NCBI GenBank assembly: GCA_049967475.1
Contig: JBMFSQ010000006.1
Location: 84,795-148,794, forward strand
Length of the DNA: 64,000 bases
Reading direction: 5' to 3'
Origin: Chthonomonadales bacterium
GTDB lineage: Bacteria > Armatimonadota > Chthonomonadetes > Chthonomonadales > CAJBBX01
In this document: piece after piece, positions 58,637-64,000 of the stretch
How the letters are laid out: the number at the start of each line of letters is the position of its first letter
Numbering within the stretch: the stretch's first letter is position 1
The notes under the pieces: generated by a model
Told to the model about the DNA's origin: nothing
Seen by the model: the letters and a program-made list of their open reading frames with translations, nothing else
The model's database searches: none
Translations under genes and position numbers: made by a program

Positions 58637-60930
58637 ATGAGGAGCCCCTCGCCAAATCCAGTCCATCGGTAACTCTGGCTGCGCACACAGCCGATGTGGT
58701 CCACGCAGTGAAGCAGTTAGTCCAGGCAGTCCATGAGCCGCTTTCCGGCCTGGTCCCGCCTTACTTTACCGATATGTTGGTGGTGGCTGCTGTGTTTCAC
58801 GACCTGGGCAAAGCGGCTGAGGGGTTTCAGAGGTCTCTGAAGGGGGCGGCCTGCGGTGCTTCGATGCCGTGGGGGTACAGGCATGAGGCGCTTTCCGCAT
58901 CCATCCTTCTGAAATCGGGTTTGGCGGATAAATATGGATTGGAGTTGTTTGCTGCAGTGCTCACGCACCACAAAACGCTCGACGACGAAGACCTTACGCG
59001 GTGTACTGCCCATACGATGCCCCAGACAGTGTGGTGTGCCATTGGTCGGCAGGAATGGAAGGAACGGGTCGCAGAGCTCAGGCGCTGGTGGTGCTGGATA
59101 ACCGATTATCTGACGACTGGTGAAGCAGCGCAGTGGCTGGCTTCATTACCCTGCGCTCTTCCTAGTGACCCCTCGGAATTACCGGACCTTTACGATGCAA
59201 CTGTGAATTTACGCCGTAAGCTCTCGGATGTCGGCGACATTGAAAGCGGTTCAATACCGTGGATACTAGCGCGCGGTTTCCTCATGGCAGGAGACCATTT
59301 GGCGAGTTCAGGAAAATCGGCTCCGATTGAGCGCTTGCCGTCGCACAAGATCCTCCCGCCCGAAGGGTTTCAGAAACGCATCAGGTCCGTTCGGATTTCT
59401 GCGTTGTTGGAAGCTCCCACTGGTTCTGGAAAGACAGAGGCAGCCCTCCACTGGGCATTAGCCAATCGGGCCGGAGGGGAGCGGATCATCTATATATTGC
59501 CGTACCAGGCGAGCATCAACAAGATGGGGGAGCGCCTGTCGGCGCTTTTCGGCATCGAGCAGGTCGGGATCCTTCACCACAACGCGCAGATTGAGGAGTT
59601 CCAACGTTATTTCAACTCGCCGACGGACAATTATGACCAGGCGAGCGACCTTGCCAGAAAACGCGTTGAGGATACTCGCAAGTTCTACAGGCCGATCAAG
59701 GTTATGACGCCCTATCAGGTTTTAAAGCTTCTGTTTGGCACACGATACTTCGAGATCGGTCTCGCCGAATTGGTGGGCGCATTGGTGATCTTCGATGAGA
59801 TCCATGCATATGACCCACACATAGCTGCACTCATCGAGATCGCTGTAAAACGTCTCATGCGTTTGAATGTGCGCTTCTTGTTTATGTCGGCCACATTTCC
59901 CGACTTTCTTAAGGAACGCATCCAGAAGGTGTTGGGCGCGCACGCATTCATTGGACTGGATGAAAATGATGAGCGCGATGCGCGCCTGATGAACACCGCC
60001 CGGCATAGGCTCCGGTTATTGGACGGCAATCTAGAGGATGCCGTACCGGCGATTGTGAAGGCAGCCCAAAGCAAGAGTGTGCTGGTGGCATGTAATCGCG
60101 TTACGCAAGCGCAAGAAATTTACCGAATGTTAAAGGACAAGATATCGTCAATCGCCCTGCTTCACAGCCGTTATATGCCTCTGGATCGTCATCGCATCGA
60201 GAATGGATTGGTGGCCTACCCCGACGATCCGGACCCGGCGAGGCAACAGATGCCGAACGTATCGGTGGTTGTGGCCACGCAGGTGGTGGAGGTCTCACTG
60301 AACATCTCATTCGACACGATTTATACTGAGGCTGCACCCGTCGATGCGCTGTTGCAGCGTTTCGGCCGCGTCAATCGCCTGAACCAGAACGGGGCGCCAG
60401 TGCCGGTGTTTGTATGTACGGGCTTTGAGCGAGACCGGGTACGGCACATCTATGATCCACGGCGGATCGAACTCACGCTGGCGTCTGCTCCCGAAGGTGA
60501 GGCGCTCTTTCCGTCCGTTGAGAAAGCGTGGGTCAATGCCGCCTATTGCGGCGGGTACACGGATCATGAGCAAAGGAAATACGAGAATGCGTACAAGGCA
60601 TTTGATCAGGTTGTGCGTGGGCTGAGACCTGCGTTCACTGGATCCGATGCCGACTTCTATGAGCTCTTCAACAACTACAACGTCGTCCCAGCGCGGTATG
60701 CGCATACCTACCGACGAGCAGCTGAAGAAAGACGCTTCTACGATGCCGCCGGCTATATCGTGCCGTTGTCCACCCCGGCGTTCCAAACAATGAGAGCCTG
60801 GGCCCAATTTGACAAGGTCAATCACGTCTACGCTCTGGATCGGCGGTATGATCGCGACCTCGGGCTGCTCAATGAGCCAGAGGTGGACAGATCTTATTTG
60901 GAGGAGGCTTTAGACGATCAATGCCTCTAG
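58633..60930 (+). CDS. cas3: CRISPR-associated helicase/nuclease Cas3 (HD fused)
   Basis: AKS...H, HDLGK, HE, HH, GDHLAS; APTGSGKT, DEIH, MSAT, LHSR, ATQVVEVSL, QRFGRVNR. Confidence 0.96.
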   Translation: MNEEPLAKSSPSVTLAAHTADVVHAVKQLVQAVHEPLSGLVPPYFTDMLVVAAVFHDLGKAAEGFQRSLKGAACGASMPWGYRHEALSASILLKSGLADKYGLELFAAVLTHHKTLDDEDLTRCTAHTMPQTVWCAIGRQEWKERVAELRRWWCWITDYLTTGEAAQWLASLPCALPSDPSELPDLYDATVNLRRKLSDVGDIESGSIPWILARGFLMAGDHLASSGKSAPIERLPSHKILPPEGFQKRIRSVRISALLEAPTGSGKTEAALHWALANRAGGERIIYILPYQASINKMGERLSALFGIEQVGILHHNAQIEEFQRYFNSPTDNYDQASDLARKRVEDTRKFYRPIKVMTPYQVLKLLFGTRYFEIGLAELVGALVIFDEIHAYDPHIAALIEIAVKRLMRLNVRFLFMSATFPDFLKERIQKVLGAHAFIGLDENDERDARLMNTARHRLRLLDGNLEDAVPAIVKAAQSKSVLVACNRVTQAQEIYRMLKDKISSIALLHSRYMPLDRHRIENGLVAYPDDPDPARQQMPNVSVVVATQVVEVSLNISFDTIYTEAAPVDALLQRFGRVNRLNQNGAPVPVFVCTGFERDRVRHIYDPRRIELTLASAPEGEALFPSVEKAWVNAAYCGGYTDHEQRKYENAYKAFDQVVRGLRPAFTGSDADFYELFNNYNVVPARYAHTYRRAAEERRFYDAAGYIVPLSTPAFQTMRAWAQFDKVNHVYALDRRYDRDLGLLNEPEVDRSYLEEALDDQCL

Positions 60931-61471
60931 CATCGGGGGAACCGGCGCCCCCTCCCTTACCGCGTCCGGTACCGAAGTGCACTATGCTGCCCTGTGCGAG
61001 CGCAAGCTCTGGTGGTTCACCCACGGCATGGAACAGGAGCACTCCTCGGACACTGTTGCCGACGGCCGCTACCTCCATGAGGCCTCTTTCCCCAGGCGAG
61101 AGAATGAGGTCTTCCTCGATGGCCGCGTGCGCCTCGACGGGCTGGAGGTGTCCGGCCGTAAGGGCGTGGAGGCCGTGGTCACCGTTCATGAAGTCAAGCG
61201 CAGTCGCGCCAAGCATCGGGCCCAGCGCTTGCAGCTTCTGTACTACCTATACCTTCTCCAGAACCGTGGGGTTCGCAACGTTCGGGGGGTGCTGGAGTAT
61301 CCCAAAGAAAAGCGCAGAGAACAGGTGACGCTTACAGACACAGGGCGCCAGGAGCTCCAGCAGGTCTTGGCGCGGATAGAAGCTGTGCGCGCCATGGCAA
61401 CGCCGCCCGTGGTACCGGAGCCGATGTCCATGTGCCGGGAATGCGCCTACCAGGAATTGTGCTGGGGCTGA
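60914..61471 (+). CDS. cas4: CRISPR-associated Cas4 (start anomalous; first canonical start is GTG 60977)
   Basis: SGTEVHY..LCERKLW, RLD, HEVK, QLLYY, C-terminal CRECAYQELC (four Fe-S Cys); frame open from ACG 60914. Confidence 0.9.
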   Translation, partial: TINASSIGGTGAPSLTASGTEVHYAALCERKLWWFTHGMEQEHSSDTVADGRYLHEASFPRRENEVFLDGRVRLDGLEVSGRKGVEAVVTVHEVKRSRAKHRAQRLQLLYYLYLLQNRGVRNVRGVLEYPKEKRREQVTLTDTGRQELQQVLARIEAVRAMATPPVVPEPMSMCRECAYQELCWG

Positions 61472-61500
61472 TCACCTGATCACATCGAAAGGATGCCGGG

Positions 61501-62616
61501 ATGCAGCAGAACGAAAATCGCCCGCGGTGCGTCATCAGCACTCTAGGGACCAGCCTTCTTACGAACCAGGCGGAGAGCGACCTCCAGCATCTTTTGAGGA
61601 AGACTGCGAACCTTCGCCGGGAAGATTATCAGGAAGACGATCTCCGGCAAGTGGAGCTTCGCGAACGGCAAGTCCGCCGGGAAATTCTGCATGCGTCTCG
61701 AGATCGGGTTCGGGCGATGAGCGCCGAGCTCAACGGTATTCTCGCTCTGCCTGGCGGGTATCTGAGCGATCTGCACTATCTGCTGCATACCGACACGCTC
61801 CAAGGGGAACTGTGCGCGCAGATCGTTAAGGATTGGATGGCGCATGCCGGATATCGGCACGTGCACCTGACGAAACTAGGCGACCTCCGCACCGCGAGCC
61901 AGGAAGAGTTTGCCTTGGGGATCGACAATCTGCTCCACTGGTGCGATCAAACCCTCGGGGATCTGCGCACCAACGGCTATTTCATCGTGTTCAACCTTGT
62001 AGGCGGCTTCAAGAGCCTGCAGGCGTATATGCAGACGATCGGGATGGTCTATGCCGACGAGATCTGCTACATCTTCGAGGGCCCGGGTTCCCCATTGCTG
62101 CGCATCCCTCGCCTTCCTTTGCGGATCGTGACAACACCGCTTGAGAAACATGCCGCATTAGTCGTTCGGCTGGCTTGCGGTGAAAATGTGCCCGCGGGGC
62201 AAGTGCGCCGTCTCCCTGAAGCCTATGTGAACATTGTGGACAATGGCGCCACACTGGGTGAATGGGGCAAGCTGGCCTGGAACCAAATAAGGCGCGATGT
62301 GCTGGCGGGCGATTTGCTTTCACAGCCGGGCCTGGTCTATGAAGAGAGCTTCAAGCACGCCTATCAGAGCATCTCCGATTCCGACACTCGGGTTGCGCTG
62401 CAGGAAGCCTTGGCTAAGGCGTCCACAGTGTGGCGCAAAGGCGGCTTTACAGGGCTGCGCGCCGACGAGGAACTGCGATACACAGATAACGCCGAACACC
62501 CCAAGTATGGGCACTTCCGCATTCATGACGCGCTGTGGGCGAGCTGCCAGCCCATTGCCCGCGCGTTATGGATGCGGCGCATCGGATCATTGGACAGTGT
62601 CACTCGAGAGCCCTAG
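61501..62616 (+). CDS. CARF (Crn1/APE2256-type) protein with C-terminal RelE-like domain, Cami1-like
   Basis: ISTLGTSLL, SAELN, HTDT..G, NLVGGFKS, YIFE motifs; C-terminal ~95 aa starting 'LVYEESF' resembles the RelE fold. Confidence 0.78.
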   Translation: MQQNENRPRCVISTLGTSLLTNQAESDLQHLLRKTANLRREDYQEDDLRQVELRERQVRREILHASRDRVRAMSAELNGILALPGGYLSDLHYLLHTDTLQGELCAQIVKDWMAHAGYRHVHLTKLGDLRTASQEEFALGIDNLLHWCDQTLGDLRTNGYFIVFNLVGGFKSLQAYMQTIGMVYADEICYIFEGPGSPLLRIPRLPLRIVTTPLEKHAALVVRLACGENVPAGQVRRLPEAYVNIVDNGATLGEWGKLAWNQIRRDVLAGDLLSQPGLVYEESFKHAYQSISDSDTRVALQEALAKASTVWRKGGFTGLRADEELRYTDNAEHPKYGHFRIHDALWASCQPIARALWMRRIGSLDSVTREP

Positions 62617-62648
62617 GTGATTGCTCTCACTCAAAAGGAGGTTCTATC

Positions 62649-63968
62649 ATGCCAAGGCACGTACCCGCTGCGCCGGAGTGGCAGAATCCAATCCGCCCCG
62701 GCGTGCAGTCCATCACACTAAACTTGAAGACCATTACGCCCATGTTTGGGGGCGGGTATCAACCGCGCGAGGTAGATGCAGACATGCCGATCCGCCCCGC
62801 CGCAATCCGCGGGCATCTGCGCTTCTGGTGGCGGGCGCTCTACGGCAGCCGATACGCAACGGCAGAGGAACTTTTCCAAGCAGAAGAAGCGCTCTGGGGG
62901 AGTGCTGAGAAGGCAGGCAGTATCGCAATCCGTATACCCAAGGCCGAGCTGGGGGCCGAATACACTGGATACGACACGACTTCAAGATCACCAAGGCCCG
63001 AACCGGTGTGGGCGGAATGGTCGAAGAACAAAGAGGGGAATTGGAAGAAACCTCCTCGGGTGGTTCAGCCATGGCCAAGTTACGCACTTTTTGCGTTCTT
63101 CGGCGAGGAGCCGAACAGAACAGCACGTTGTCAATTGGGCATAGCATTCAAGCTCACCTTAGCGTTTGATTCTTCCGCTCCGGAAGAAGAGGTTCTGCAA
63201 GCGGCGGCCGCTTGGGTGCGGTTTGGCGGGCTGGGGGCGGGCACGCGCCGGGGCTGCGGGAGCATCCAATGCGACGAACTAAGCGATATTAGGCTATCCC
63301 CGTTGGGCGCCAACTCGCACGCGCTTACCCGGCTTCACGGCGCTGTTGCACTCTTGGGCAACGCAAAGGACAATGCCGTTACTGCGTGGAACGAGGCTGT
63401 AAATATCTACCAAAAATTCCGGCAGGGCGAGGATGTTGCCCGAACGCACAGGACGAAGAAACCGGCAGGTGCCGACAACAGTACGCCTGGAAGGTCCTGG
63501 TGGCCGGAGGCAGACTCTATCCGAAGGCTCACCGGTTGTAACGCCCGTCAGCATAAACCGGAACATGCGGTCCAAAAAGGGTTCCCGCGTGCGGACCTAG
63601 GACTGCCCATCGTTTTCCACTTTAAGGACAAGAAGTACGGGGATCCGGACGACATTGTTCTGAGCGGCCTGGCGCCGGGGAAGGAACGGTTGGCCTCGCC
63701 TGTCATCACGAAGGCGGTGGCAGATAGGAAGGGCTACCGACCTCTTGTGCTCGTGCTTAATGCGCCTCATGCTTGGGAGTATGGGCCAATCAAGTTGGGC
63801 CACGGCGCGGGTGGTGGGGCGCGAGATTTCGAGATCGACAGAGAGTTTATTGAGCTTTCACCAGCGGAGCAGAGCAGGATACGTCCGCTCAACGGGGAGC
63901 CCGTGCGCGAAGCGCTCATCCGCTACGTGGAGCGCACGTGGCAAGTCAAACGGGAGGTGCTGCCATGA
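62649..63968 (+). CDS. cmr1: Type III-B RAMP Cmr1
   Basis: ITPMFGGG, IRGHLRFWWR, LWGS, FGGLGAGTRRGCGS, FPRA.LGLPI.F.F, RLASP; AGGAGG SD. Confidence 0.93.
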   Translation: MPRHVPAAPEWQNPIRPGVQSITLNLKTITPMFGGGYQPREVDADMPIRPAAIRGHLRFWWRALYGSRYATAEELFQAEEALWGSAEKAGSIAIRIPKAELGAEYTGYDTTSRSPRPEPVWAEWSKNKEGNWKKPPRVVQPWPSYALFAFFGEEPNRTARCQLGIAFKLTLAFDSSAPEEEVLQAAAAWVRFGGLGAGTRRGCGSIQCDELSDIRLSPLGANSHALTRLHGAVALLGNAKDNAVTAWNEAVNIYQKFRQGEDVARTHRTKKPAGADNSTPGRSWWPEADSIRRLTGCNARQHKPEHAVQKGFPRADLGLPIVFHFKDKKYGDPDDIVLSGLAPGKERLASPVITKAVADRKGYRPLVLVLNAPHAWEYGPIKLGHGAGGGARDFEIDREFIELSPAEQSRIRPLNGEPVREALIRYVERTWQVKREVLP

Positions 63969-64000
63969 ACCATCTTCTCTCCATCTCCATCGGACCGGTG
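63965..64000 (+). CDS. cas10: Type III-B Cas10/Cmr2, 5' fragment (runs off window)
   Basis: ATGA overlap with cmr1 stop, GGAGG SD, MNHLLSISIGPV matches the Cmr2 N-terminal 'SIGPVQ' motif; only 12 codons visible. Confidence 0.75.
   Translation, partial: MNHLLSISIGPV

Noticed and set aside
60921..61328. 135-aa ATG-initiated ORF overlapping cas4
   Set aside because: Pro/Ser-rich out-of-frame shadow with no motifs; relevant only as a possible frameshifted cas4 start.
61468..61483. Tandem CTGATCAC repeat after cas4
   Set aside because: Two 8-bp copies only; too short for a CRISPR repeat or a convincing operator.
1..64000. tRNA/rRNA genes, transposases, integrases
   Set aside because: None recognised; nearly all sequence is accounted for by protein-coding genes and the gaps are short. 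A covariance-model search was not possible.

Overview
GC-rich bacterial DNA with three blocks. (1) 1-44301: a co-directional surface-polysaccharide cluster, truncated at the left edge. It holds wzm/wzt, a neuB-neuC-neuA nonulosonic-acid cassette, two asnB-like amidotransferases, a WbuX/HisH/HisF acetamidino trio, an 8-gene ACP-based acyl-tailoring cassette, three putative nonulosonate/CDP-glycerol-type transferases, five GT4s, a Wzy/ligase-like protein, a GT2 plus two GT-C-like proteins, a CapK-like ligase, the initiating wbpL/capD set, epimerases and a terminal NusG-paralog antiterminator. (2) 44381-54179: secreted C45 Ntn-hydrolase, YdjC deacetylase, GH2 hydrolase (minus strand) and an Mre11/SbcD-like nuclease paired with a membrane-anchored SMC-like ATPase. 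(3) 54323-64000: a CRISPR-Cas gene cluster, type I-B-like (cas6, cas8/cst1, cas7i, cas5, cas3, cas4), then a CARF-RelE (Cami1-like) gene and the start of a type III-B module (cmr1, cas10). No CRISPR array, cas1 or cas2 is visible. Most notable: cas8 carries a strong internal SD+ATG predicting a hidden Cas11 built of two tandem Cas11-like repeats; cas4 has an ACG where its ATG start is expected; and the acyl-tailoring cassette is unusual. All calls come from motif reading by eye; no database searches were run.
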